A DNA stretch of 64,000 nucleotides from a virus, in IMG/VR virus record IMGVR_UViG_3300046115_000180, one strand, 5' to 3'. Each line of letters opens with the position of its first letter. The first letter of the stretch is position 1. Positions 10,001-17,259 of the stretch are shown here, piece by piece. Both the position numbers and the translations under genes were made by a program. The notes under the pieces were generated by a model. That model saw nothing but the letters and a program-made list of their open reading frames with translations. It did not search any database and had not been told where the DNA came from.

Positions 10001-10568
10001 CTTGCGGAGTTTTTGCTTCAAGGGACTTTGCAACCCCGACTTCGCGAGCACCTTTTTGAATCGCGCGTTCTCCCATCTCGGCTAACCCGAAAAGCGCTTG
10101 TTCGCTGCCAGCGATGTTTTCCGCAACCCGACGCTGCGCTTGCTGCTCAAGTTCTCGGGCAATACCCTCTTGCCCGGTGAGGTCCGCGCCGATACCCATT
10201 GCGGTTTCGACTGAGGCGCTGCCATAATTCCACAATTGCTTTCCAAATCCCTTGGCCACATCCCATGCCATACCCACGGCACGTTTGGGAGTCGGTAAAT
10301 CCGAGAGCGAAAATCCGCGCTGCTTTATCAGGTTGTGCGCGTCGGCGACCTTGCGGACGATGTTCTGGTCAGCCCATAAATCCTTATTCTGGCGAAACGC
10401 GGACACCAGCTCAAAATTTTCTTTATCCGCCGACGCGAGGTCCGCCAACTCGGGAGCTGACAAATCGCGGATTGGATTAAGGGGGGCCGGACCGAATTGT
10501 GATTCGTAAGCGGCTTTTTCTTCAGCCGTGGGAGTTACTACGGGAAAATCTGTGATAGCGTTCGCCAC
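4044..10568 (-). CDS. giant multidomain virion-associated (polyvalent-type) protein, 2174 aa, with HExxH motif
   Basis: Uninterrupted 6.5-kb ORF with a GTG start. It has a Gly/Ala-rich N-terminal third, HESFH at nt 8904-8918, five QFQP linkers and repeated W(I/V)(L/M)PDG modules. Confidence 0.85.
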   Translation of the reverse strand: MANAITDFPVVTPTAEEKAAYESQFGPAPLNPIRDLSAPELADLASADKENFELVSAFRQNKDLWADQNIVRKVADAHNLIKQRGFSLSDLPTPKRAVGMAWDVAKGFGKQLWNYGSASVETAMGIGADLTGQEGIARELEQQAQRRVAENIAGSEQALFGLAEMGERAIQKGAREVGVAKSLEAKTPQEKISDLWKAVGTGETQEDIGRGAGGFLQPVGGEVIAELAAAGKPVRPEETTALAAGDPFSFYLFGKALGPLGRIGAVPILSRAGARVAAGAEKAAGGITQAAGKLTELGGQALQVAGKAAPVASAVGAAISGEPISALAIVGGGTAAGRTAQVVGKTVQRAGQTVQEIGRQVSGKPIVSATAQGIKDVAGALPGAVGEIVSGTAADLGLAAVSSETPQQTESAVGIGTVLGAAGGAKRIAGRVISGQLIAPREYGVATPTASSGNFPRFDQMHSAAYSSAPPGVRARLNAVRQFASGAKVNTDVFLAPDAPTLERALLDSGVDAATAKTFSQQEGFFTTSLPDRAGNPRRVIIARNVEATPHESFHAFQDVLGEAANLELDALVRSEYGPQWDAEGTRYAQRLVGDLGNRAWEEVILDESGWGLDAAKEKIFREVYNMVESETGSAPPDAHVRDLADPELVRIFNEAQSRNPAARPEQFWREILSPEEAKSEADRYIARELAAENFDAAFKQRGAGLGPVAGILPRLSRVIGNVVSVLGGEPLAGRRTEIGQIEPRFRVAERVAELAQGDAQPTTPRGDVQPATPVPPRGSLPSSPEGRQQVADEARAFAEQAPAEPVIGGTRSPRELLGQIAEAIAQQAGVRINYLSAPGEPAAATTSNRTVRREIIEAFRTMPQAARSLWEKSFFPERVRKTNKGFQVEGWAPEVFAANAHKLARTLSELPGGERLTPYPLDIANKTFTDAGWQQLFADTQNFVRNQMAGQTGAGEPLVVPRDLTERGFFAPQSTPARAVDLAQPQADTINMLFNLRLPDSNRVGQRLPLNIAGQEVSIATAGGPQRLSVPVEPRPQFSGERAQALGIEGRSILEVNPVRSAIEQAAAQAKVALPSFIEAIQKLNLENIKEVELAPELPQFRGNTLTLTAGFQPSADPRAVKAAAVKDNETGRVFEGSWHGIATDNMAYELGISPDAAFGRVTDGFTTNSGEFLTRDEAFDRALALKQVPTEIKRAPAGKKGYLEADEFEGFRQFQPVAESARRLTEMTPEEWKATIGNYKGKLGAGLTGWAWDLGASAKTFEDVQALRSTSEALREASKSGDFSQRMELIGRAQAAREAYEAATGRNLEDTNDGSAVPGIRKYVDPNYNPPVPLFPENVQKVLAAHQAGGGSTFNLSQNRNLSGEPFFAVSTHPERSKIIDGPPTASDINEYIRANQELLAQPENSLGTWTNKGKTYLDVVTTEPNRERAIQLGRDNNQIAIFDLQKFEEIPTGGTGEVAAQFQPAPEDFKLRKPAAGGMFSKAWILPDGTPVQLGGKWHHEWLNENGEQYGIKTGADDPSARTEALKKGFARMNYARNGGQLTVEARAADWAKLKPSIQQFVETNIDQIDNLRVELFNDDVSAVADSGSARFMNMNSDMEKMAAIPFLESAPIGGAASGSVTGIAQARARQFQPGEEEYIKNFFSAPTKSKVTPDGLPFIEAGKEKYDSAWVMPDGRAYKVKSDADALLYHDDTVENFFDEGILTGIDEFQDTTGAMRVSITDTSSGIDDFGGHIGVSISKKPTSSQIDYLRSLLHEDSTLSIAVDITDKDGNVKAASVFRNRGKITEGQMSRFLKNPFEKTQFQPGAEETQQEFGGMPAGSRPFLSTSQLASMSRAELMAHFPEAIVPKRSADSIPSKLREAPLITDSDNPVQTYADKLAEFGRSVETTPEYQMGRKWYSEFSEQLKARFGDDARMFAELLAATSPKTSVETNFKFALDALEGFKSGRFKQNIKKFEQGLSMMANDKWLAWYNRELNAGRISDPPAKPTPAAFMARWIETHDIKPRQSNGKLFGINSIPVLQVAARRWLEQNKGPKVANFVENLLGEGTEATIDLWADRTLRRLGYSDFQERWRIMPVNKQGVSDEDFAFAQSIFRNAAGQLNMKPSELQAAVWFAEKQKWASEGWSRLDLGDFRAELKKTEALQKEIRSRGQKKVETSEFAFVEPRVTR

Positions 10569-10837
10569 TATTCTTCCTCAACAGTCCAATATAACCCGGA
10601 ATCACGGCGATTGCCGCTGTCGATTTCAAAATATTTTCCATTTTGATAAAAATGCATACCCTTATCACCTGTGTATACGGGAAAACAATTGTGCCAAGTT
10701 TTGATGGGTTTCGTCCCCATTTTCGAGTAAAGCGTAACGCAGAACCGACGAGGTTCGGGACGGGCTGTTGGTTGTGTCGGTCGGCTGCAACCGACCGTCA
10801 ATAACAGACCCAAGGCAAAAAAGAAGGTATATTTCAT
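10568..10837 (-). CDS. putative lipoprotein (89 aa)
   Basis: MKYTFFFALGLLLTVGC is a signal peptide with a lipobox-like LTVGC. The stop overlaps the giant-gene GTG (TAGTG). Confidence 0.6.
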   Translation of the reverse strand: MKYTFFFALGLLLTVGCSRPTQPTARPEPRRFCVTLYSKMGTKPIKTWHNCFPVYTGDKGMHFYQNGKYFEIDSGNRRDSGLYWTVEEE

Positions 10838-10878
10838 TCGAGACAGAATACTCTTTTTCTTTTTTAATGTCAAGATTT

Positions 10879-12330
10879 TTATTGGACTAACCGATATGTT
10901 CCATTCGCATCGCGGACGATGCGTCGACCCGTGCTGGGCAGCGATAACACTCCGCCGGACGCACCCGGGGCAGTCGCTGCCGGTTGCTGGGCCGGTGTAA
11001 TCATCAAGTCTTGAAAACCGGAAACATCGTAGCCGGCGCGTTGCCAGCTATCGATTTTGTTATTAAGCGATCCGCGGGTTTCGTTGAATAAGTCGGAGAT
11101 CTTTTGATGACCGACTTTCGGGCTATCCCGAAGCGACGGGATCACGCCTTCGTAGCGGGCGACATCCTTATCCGACAACACGCCGGTTTCGTTATACGTG
11201 CCCTTGGCAATTGGCGCCAGGATGGCGGTTGCGTCGCGTTGGAAAGCCGCCACTTTGGTGTTCCACTCTTTAGACTTCGCCCAGGTTGCGAGTCGGCCTT
11301 GAATGAACCCCACGAGATTCGGTTCAGAGTTCACCAAATCGGTATATCGGTCTTGCAGCCGCTTGGCAATAGTGCCCGCCTGACGACTCATGGCAATATC
11401 TTTGACGCCTTCCGCGGGAACAAACTTGTCCGGCGCGTCCTTCGCCTTTGCCGGTCCAAGAAAAGTGGTTGCGCCCGCGGCCGGCTCAACGAGAGCGGAG
11501 GGACTGGTTGATGCGGTTTTCGGCTGGACCAACGCATTCATGTCCGCGCCCGTCATAACGGCGGCTTGCGCGGGCTCAACGCCAAATTGTTCGACTGCCG
11601 CTGCTCGCTGTGCAGGGGTTACTTCGATTGCAGTAACTGTAGCCGCTGGCGCCGGTGCGGTAACGGCGGCGCCGGGGGCAATCTGTGAAAAATTAGAAAC
11701 CGCTTGCGTCGCGAGTGATCGTTCGAGTTGCGGCGTGATCAACTCCCCCTGCTTATTGAACTTGAAAAGCTGCGTGCCGTCGGGGGACTTTTCCCAATGT
11801 GCCGGAGTCAGACGTTCTTTCGCGCGCTCTTTTTGTTGCTTCCATTCGAAAAGCTGCAATCCGAGTTGCGCACGTTTTCCGTAGTCCGGGGCTCCCTCCG
11901 TCGTGACGGGCGCCGAGACTCCACCTTCGGGAGCCAGAGCTTTGAAGTATTCCACGCCAGGACCATATTTTTGGACCGCCTGTTGTTCTTCAAGCTGTGT
12001 TGCCGCAAGTGCGGCCGTCGGCTCGACGAGAGGTAATTGTGCTCCGGCTTGCGCGCCGACGAGACCGGCTTGTGCGGCAGCGGCATCACGTTGCGCTGCG
12101 CGCGCGGCGATGGCTTCGGGAGATACCTGCTCAGAGAGTAGTTGCACCTCGGCTTTTTGCTTAAGCTGTGCGGATTCTCCGCTGCGTTGAATAATGTCGT
12201 CCGCGGTTATGAACCCAGAACGAAAAGCATTAGCCAAATTTTCGACCGCGCGCGGTTCCACCACGGCCCGGCCAATTAAATCCGATGGATTAATTGATCC
12301 AAGTCGGTCTGTTGCATCGCCCATTGCCAT
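10879..12330 (-). CDS. hypothetical virion protein, Ala/Gln-rich (internal/ejection-protein-like)
   Basis: 483-aa ORF in the structural block. The call rests on composition and position only. Confidence 0.55.
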   Translation of the reverse strand: MAMGDATDRLGSINPSDLIGRAVVEPRAVENLANAFRSGFITADDIIQRSGESAQLKQKAEVQLLSEQVSPEAIAARAAQRDAAAAQAGLVGAQAGAQLPLVEPTAALAATQLEEQQAVQKYGPGVEYFKALAPEGGVSAPVTTEGAPDYGKRAQLGLQLFEWKQQKERAKERLTPAHWEKSPDGTQLFKFNKQGELITPQLERSLATQAVSNFSQIAPGAAVTAPAPAATVTAIEVTPAQRAAAVEQFGVEPAQAAVMTGADMNALVQPKTASTSPSALVEPAAGATTFLGPAKAKDAPDKFVPAEGVKDIAMSRQAGTIAKRLQDRYTDLVNSEPNLVGFIQGRLATWAKSKEWNTKVAAFQRDATAILAPIAKGTYNETGVLSDKDVARYEGVIPSLRDSPKVGHQKISDLFNETRGSLNNKIDSWQRAGYDVSGFQDLMITPAQQPAATAPGASGGVLSLPSTGRRIVRDANGTYRLVQ

Positions 12331-12333
12331 AAA

Positions 12334-12606
12334 TTATGATACCATCTCGCCTTTTTCAAAGCTAGCGTTTTGGTAGAAAAAACTTTCGCAAGCCTTCAAA
12401 AACTGGGGGCGACTTATGTCGACCGATTTATTGGTTTTCGAGTTTCGAAATATATACCGTCGTTTCTGCGGTCCACCCCCGAGTTTTCTAGTGGAAAATG
12501 ACAGCAGAGTATCCCAATCTCCCCATTGATTAACACTGTTATCTTGTTTTAGCGGTGCCTTTCGCTGGGCGTATTCCAAATTAAAGGGGGAGGTAAGTTT
12601 TTTCAT
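12334..12606 (-). CDS. hypothetical protein (90 aa)
   Basis: ORF tightly coupled to its neighbours (TAATTTATG junctions). Confidence 0.45.
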   Translation of the reverse strand: MKKLTSPFNLEYAQRKAPLKQDNSVNQWGDWDTLLSFSTRKLGGGPQKRRYIFRNSKTNKSVDISRPQFLKACESFFYQNASFEKGEMVS

Positions 12607-12609
12607 AAA

Positions 12610-13137
12610 TTAATAAAGCCCTGGGCTGAGCCAACCGGAATTGATTGGTGAAATCGCCGGAGCGCCGAACTGCTGTGCGCGAAGCGCAAAAGTGTTATCT
12701 TGAAACGGGGTCAGCGGGTCACGATAGCCAAGTCCGGTAGGCAGCCCGGAGAGTGACCACGGAAGCATCGCTGCCTGACGCGCCTGGGACGCTTGGATCT
12801 GGCCAGGTAACTCTTGAGCCGCTTTCGTCGCGGCGTTTTGCAATTCGAGTCGCTCTGTGTTCGCCAGCGCTTGATTCGCATACGCCTGAGCGAGTGCCGG
12901 CGGGAGTGAGGGCGACGCTTGGGGTGTCAGAATTCGAGAGATGAGGTCCGCGTATGGGTTCAGTTGGTTGCTCAGAAAAGACGCCGGATTGTTGAGGAAC
13001 GTCGGTTGTGAGCTACTGTCGGAAACGGGCACGGATGACCCGATCTGAGTCATCGTCGGCGCACGCCCGGGGTTCTGCACTCGCGGGTTTACGACTGAGC
13101 CGATACTCGGAACAATACTAGCTGCTGTCCAGGCCAT
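12610..13137 (-). CDS. hypothetical protein (~175 aa)
   Basis: ATG at 13137 lies 4 nt after the upstream TAA. The ORF-track start at 13149 is TTG inside the upstream gene. Confidence 0.5.
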   Translation of the reverse strand: MAWTAASIVPSIGSVVNPRVQNPGRAPTMTQIGSSVPVSDSSSQPTFLNNPASFLSNQLNPYADLISRILTPQASPSLPPALAQAYANQALANTERLELQNAATKAAQELPGQIQASQARQAAMLPWSLSGLPTGLGYRDPLTPFQDNTFALRAQQFGAPAISPINSGWLSPGLY

Positions 13138-13141
13138 AAAA

Positions 13142-14050
13142 TTAAGCAAAGGCTAACGCACTCGCCACATTTGACGAAGTCGACGGCGAGGTCAATGAAT
13201 TCCACGCACTACCAACGTATGGCGCTAGTGCCCTTGTCCCGGCGCCAATCGCCGAGTTCCAAGCACCCGCTTGGTTAAGGGCTCCGGCCATGCCGATATC
13301 GGCAGATTGAGACGCTAATTGATTCGTCGCCCCTACGCGTGCTAACCAAAGTTTTGCGACATCACCGCCGCTGAGCCCGGCTTGCGGCACCATCGCCGCA
13401 CTTTGCGCGAGGGCGCCCTGTGCGCCCTGCAACGTGTTCAACTGCATTGACGATAAATTGGGAAATAACGTGCCGAGGATTTGCTGTCGGCGTCCTTCGA
13501 GGTTCGACGCGGCTTCCGTGAGGGCGGCTGCGCGTTCCTGGCGCTGTGCCTGTAGTTGAACACCCGCGGACCCGATGATCTGACGGAGTAGTTGACCGGA
13601 GGTTCCACGCGAACCAGTAGCGGCGCCGACGGTCTCACCGGAGCGCTCAAGTCCGGCCTGGACGAGTTCCGCCTGGACATCCGGCGGCAGTGTTGCACCA
13701 AGTCGTAATTCCTGTAAGGCCGCATCGACGAGAGCGTTTTTCGCCTCGTTCATCCCGGGCGTGCCGGCTATCGCCTCTTGGGCGGCAACCTGGGCGACTT
13801 GATCGGCCGGGCCCGAGCCGAGGCCGAGAACTTGCTGAAGTATTTTATCCTCTGCGGCGTAACGGGTCGCGAGTGCCGCCGGATCGGTAACCCCCTGAAG
13901 GGCTAACTGAGATTGTGCACGTGCTATATCGGCTTGAAGCGCTTCACGGTTTACGCGACTGGGTTCAAGTTGATCGAAAACAAAATCGCGCTGACGCTCC
14001 AGCGCATCGATCTGCAACTGGGTTGCCTCTTTAATGGCCGCCGCCTGCAT
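13142..14050 (-). CDS. hypothetical Ala/Gln-rich coiled-coil-like virion protein
   Basis: 302-aa ORF with low-complexity A/Q/L composition typical of internal virion proteins. Confidence 0.55.
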   Translation of the reverse strand: MQAAAIKEATQLQIDALERQRDFVFDQLEPSRVNREALQADIARAQSQLALQGVTDPAALATRYAAEDKILQQVLGLGSGPADQVAQVAAQEAIAGTPGMNEAKNALVDAALQELRLGATLPPDVQAELVQAGLERSGETVGAATGSRGTSGQLLRQIIGSAGVQLQAQRQERAAALTEAASNLEGRRQQILGTLFPNLSSMQLNTLQGAQGALAQSAAMVPQAGLSGGDVAKLWLARVGATNQLASQSADIGMAGALNQAGAWNSAIGAGTRALAPYVGSAWNSLTSPSTSSNVASALAFA

Positions 14051-14107
14051 TGCCGCAGACGCTACTTGACCTACTGCTCCAAAAATATCTGCGATAACGT
14101 CTTTCTT

Positions 14108-14620
14108 TTAGGGAACCAAATTTAATTTGGCAAATTCCCCAAAATGATGTTGTGCGGCTGTGTTATAGGCACGGGCTGCGTCTTCCGCCGTCGAAAAATC
14201 GCCCAGATTTACTCGTTTGTAATTTACACAAATGCGCGCGCACCACGCGCGATGAGATTTACTCCAATTGACGCCTTTAAATCCAGACGTATTTGTGCTT
14301 CGCACTTTTTGATTTGCATAGTTCTGTGACCGTGTTGCGACCCGAAGATTATCTCGTTTGTTGTTAAGGGTATTCCGGTCACGGTGATCCACATCGGACG
14401 AACTGTCTATGCCAGAAATCGCACAGTGAAGTAAAACCGTTTTGCCTTTACGCGTAGGACCAGAATAGGGGACGCGTTCATGAATCGTTCGAGCCGCATA
14501 CGGGACTCCGTTATGTAGCGCGGCGTGCCAGTTGTATGGACGAACTTTATCCCAGTCTTCCACATCCACGACGGCCACGAATCCCTTTGTCAAGGGAACA
14601 AATACTTCTACACCATTCAT
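14108..14620 (-). CDS. HNH homing endonuclease with AP2 DNA-binding domain
   Basis: VDHRDRNTLNNKRDNLRVATRSQN is an HNH motif. SGFKGVNWSKSHRAWCARI...FSTAEDAARAYN is AP2-like. Confidence 0.8.
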   Translation of the reverse strand: MNGVEVFVPLTKGFVAVVDVEDWDKVRPYNWHAALHNGVPYAARTIHERVPYSGPTRKGKTVLLHCAISGIDSSSDVDHRDRNTLNNKRDNLRVATRSQNYANQKVRSTNTSGFKGVNWSKSHRAWCARICVNYKRVNLGDFSTAEDAARAYNTAAQHHFGEFAKLNLVP

Positions 14621-15057
14621 TTTGAAAAAATCACTTCCGACATTTCATACCCGCGTTTTCTATAAACCTTCATTAACCGATCCGGGCTGACTGAGCGATT
14701 AAATGACGCCGCGGGCTTTGCGCCAAAAGCATGGGCCGCTTTTTCAAAGGTGTCCAACACACGAATCGTCGCGCCAGTCCGACGGGCTTCCGGCGTGCTC
14801 AACCAGAACATTACAAGCGCACGCGGGTTCTCGCTGAACAGATCCCGTGTAAACAGCGCGCCGACGACCGCCCCAGTGCATTCCCAAGTGCGCGCGAACC
14901 CGAGATCCACCCACTTCGCCCACTCTCGGATAAAATACGGCCATTTTAGTTGCATTTTTTCGTCCCGGATCTCGGAGACCGCGTGCTCAAAAACTGGCAA
15001 AAGCGCGGATTCCAATTGGCTTGGAAGTAGCTCGCGCGGCGCATTTTTCACTATCAA
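14617..15057 (-). CDS. hypothetical protein, possibly GNAT-fold acetyltransferase
   Basis: The resemblance is weak (RRTGA segment, ~145 aa). The start is TTG at 15057 or GTG at 15051, the latter 5 nt after GCACTGTT. Confidence 0.35.
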   Translation of the reverse strand: MIVKNAPRELLPSQLESALLPVFEHAVSEIRDEKMQLKWPYFIREWAKWVDLGFARTWECTGAVVGALFTRDLFSENPRALVMFWLSTPEARRTGATIRVLDTFEKAAHAFGAKPAASFNRSVSPDRLMKVYRKRGYEMSEVIFSK

Positions 15058-15066
15058 ACAGTGCCA

Positions 15067-15891
15067 TTATTCCTTGACCAGCAACCACAGCGCCACTGTT
15101 CCGGGATACCGAATATTTGGGGGCGTGTTGTCAATCGCCATGGTGCTGTCCTCACCGAAAACCTCATAAGCCGCGCGTTCTGCAATGTTAGTGCCAACGG
15201 TTAAGTCAGTCTCCGGCGTCGCACCGGGGTCTTTCGTCGCCATGCTGACTAGTCGCCCTCTTAATTCTTGATTACCGGCACCGAAGACGGCCCATCCGGG
15301 ATTTGCAGTCAGTGCCTCCGTTAGTGTTTCATGGCCAACAAATTTAGTATCGCCCGGCACGCCGGATACCGTCCGCCATGCATTGCGTTCAAACCAGATG
15401 AGCGCCGAAATCGTGGTGTCATAAAACTGTTGATATTCTACTGGATTATTCGGCCGCGAAGCAGACGGACCGCTGAGGACGATATTGTTATAAGGCACCC
15501 AGGCGGCGCCATTGAAAACATACCAGCTAATCGGATCGCCGACGGACGGATTTGCTTCCGAGGGATCGTTCGTGGTCTTCAGCCAGACCGGCGGATCGGA
15601 GGTCGCGGGGGTCGACGCGCCGATGTGATACCACTGCCGTTCTGATTGGGAAATATCCAGAGGCACGTAGCGCTTCAGATCTTCATCCCAGACGAACCAT
15701 TGCGTTCCGCCCCGCAGCCATGGCCCCACATTCGACGTAGGTTCGTTATCGCCGATGAAAATGAAGTTGGTGCCAGTCGGCGACACAATTTTCATCCGGC
15801 GAATCATGGCGATTCTGAACTCGTCCGGCGTTCCACAGAACGTCGCCGGTATCGGCGCGGATGAAATTAGCAAATTTGTATTTTGTAGCAT
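15067..15891 (-). CDS. putative tail fibre / collar-like structural protein
   Basis: 274-aa ORF. The C-terminal NPGWAVFGAGNQELRGRL faintly resembles the phage tail collar motif. Confidence 0.4.
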   Translation of the reverse strand: MLQNTNLLISSAPIPATFCGTPDEFRIAMIRRMKIVSPTGTNFIFIGDNEPTSNVGPWLRGGTQWFVWDEDLKRYVPLDISQSERQWYHIGASTPATSDPPVWLKTTNDPSEANPSVGDPISWYVFNGAAWVPYNNIVLSGPSASRPNNPVEYQQFYDTTISALIWFERNAWRTVSGVPGDTKFVGHETLTEALTANPGWAVFGAGNQELRGRLVSMATKDPGATPETDLTVGTNIAERAAYEVFGEDSTMAIDNTPPNIRYPGTVALWLLVKE

Positions 15892-15900
15892 AAAAATTCC

Positions 15901-17259
15901 TTACGGATAAGTGCGACCGGCGCCGCCGTTCCACCAAGTTGCCGCCTCGACATCGGACATTGCTATATTAAAAATTCCGAGTTCATCGACCCGGACATTC
16001 ATTTGGTTTCCAAGCGACGAACCCGTCCCGAGCCCCACAAGCCCGCCATTGGGTATGCCGGCTAAAAAGCGCGTTCCTGCGCTTTCACTGACAGCGCCAT
16101 TGTCAATCTGGAATCTAACTTTTCCCGTTGTAGCGTTATACTGGACTCGGAAGAAGTAAAAAGTTCCAAGAACAGGCACAAACGGCACCGTGATAGTCGC
16201 GGTGTCGAACGAGACGATTAGATTTAGAGGGTCCGCAACCGTATCGTAAACCACGCTCAAACTCGCTGCGTCGCTGTCGGTAATCAAAACATACCCCACA
16301 CTAAACCTATTTGTGAATCCGCCGCTAACGAATGTCGTAATTGTATCGAATACAACCCAAAACAAAAATTCAGCCCCACTTGCGGTTGGAGCTAACGCCG
16401 GAATTAGTGTCGTTCCGTAATCGACGAGTTGATTGTTATTTGAGTCGAACCGAAATGCGTCGAGTATTTTCCCAACAACCCCCGGAGTCCCCGGAGTGCT
16501 GCCGTTATCGGTCAACGCATATGCGCCTACTTCATCGAGTTGCTGAATATCAGAACCCCCGTCAAATTTCCAATACGCAATTGGGTCGGTTCCACCAACT
16601 GAAGTCACTTCCAATTGAGAAGGTGCCGACTCGTCCTCACATCCGCCGTTACCAACTATCAAGGTATAAAATCCAGAATCAGATAGCGCCGCGGACGAAA
16701 AATGAAGTTCATTCTGGGTCGTCAGCGTGGTATCCGAATACAGCACACCATCCTTATACCAGTGGTAAAACTCCACGAGGCCGGCGTTACCAACCTCCGC
16801 CGTGATTTCGGCTGAATCAGTCGCGGGAACCGATTGAAACGTCGGAGACGCGCCGGAGATAATGAACGGGCAATCGCCGACATTGCAAATCGGATCGCTA
16901 AGTTCGGTTTCGCCGTTCGGCGTGATCGCAGAGACACGATAGCAACCTGGACCTTCTGGTTCCAGGTTGATGCTCGGGTCTTCGATGCACTCGGCAACCA
17001 CAACGTATTCCCCAAACGGATTATTCGAATCTACAGCTTTGTAAACAGTATAGCATAGCGCGCCAGGGTAGTGATTCCAAGACAGTGTAAACCGCCCTCG
17101 TCCGCCGATAACGAAGCCCGAGGGCGCAAGTAGCCGCCCAAGCGCGTCGAGGACGATGACCGGACCGCCAGAGGACGAAAAATCAAATTCACAAACCGGG
17201 CACGAAATATAATCGATGCTCGGCCGGCGGAGAAAAAGAACTTCAAGGACAGAATTCAC
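15901..17259 (-). CDS. structural protein with Ig-like repeats and C-terminal LamG/concanavalin-like domain
   Basis: Ig-like segments are present (YRVSAITPNGE, GFYTLIVGNGGCEDESAPSQLEV). The C-terminal part resembles Laminin_G_3 (AFRFDSNNNQLVDYG...FLFWVVFD). Confidence 0.5.
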   Translation of the reverse strand: MNSVLEVLFLRRPSIDYISCPVCEFDFSSSGGPVIVLDALGRLLAPSGFVIGGRGRFTLSWNHYPGALCYTVYKAVDSNNPFGEYVVVAECIEDPSINLEPEGPGCYRVSAITPNGETELSDPICNVGDCPFIISGASPTFQSVPATDSAEITAEVGNAGLVEFYHWYKDGVLYSDTTLTTQNELHFSSAALSDSGFYTLIVGNGGCEDESAPSQLEVTSVGGTDPIAYWKFDGGSDIQQLDEVGAYALTDNGSTPGTPGVVGKILDAFRFDSNNNQLVDYGTTLIPALAPTASGAEFLFWVVFDTITTFVSGGFTNRFSVGYVLITDSDAASLSVVYDTVADPLNLIVSFDTATITVPFVPVLGTFYFFRVQYNATTGKVRFQIDNGAVSESAGTRFLAGIPNGGLVGLGTGSSLGNQMNVRVDELGIFNIAMSDVEAATWWNGGAGRTYP

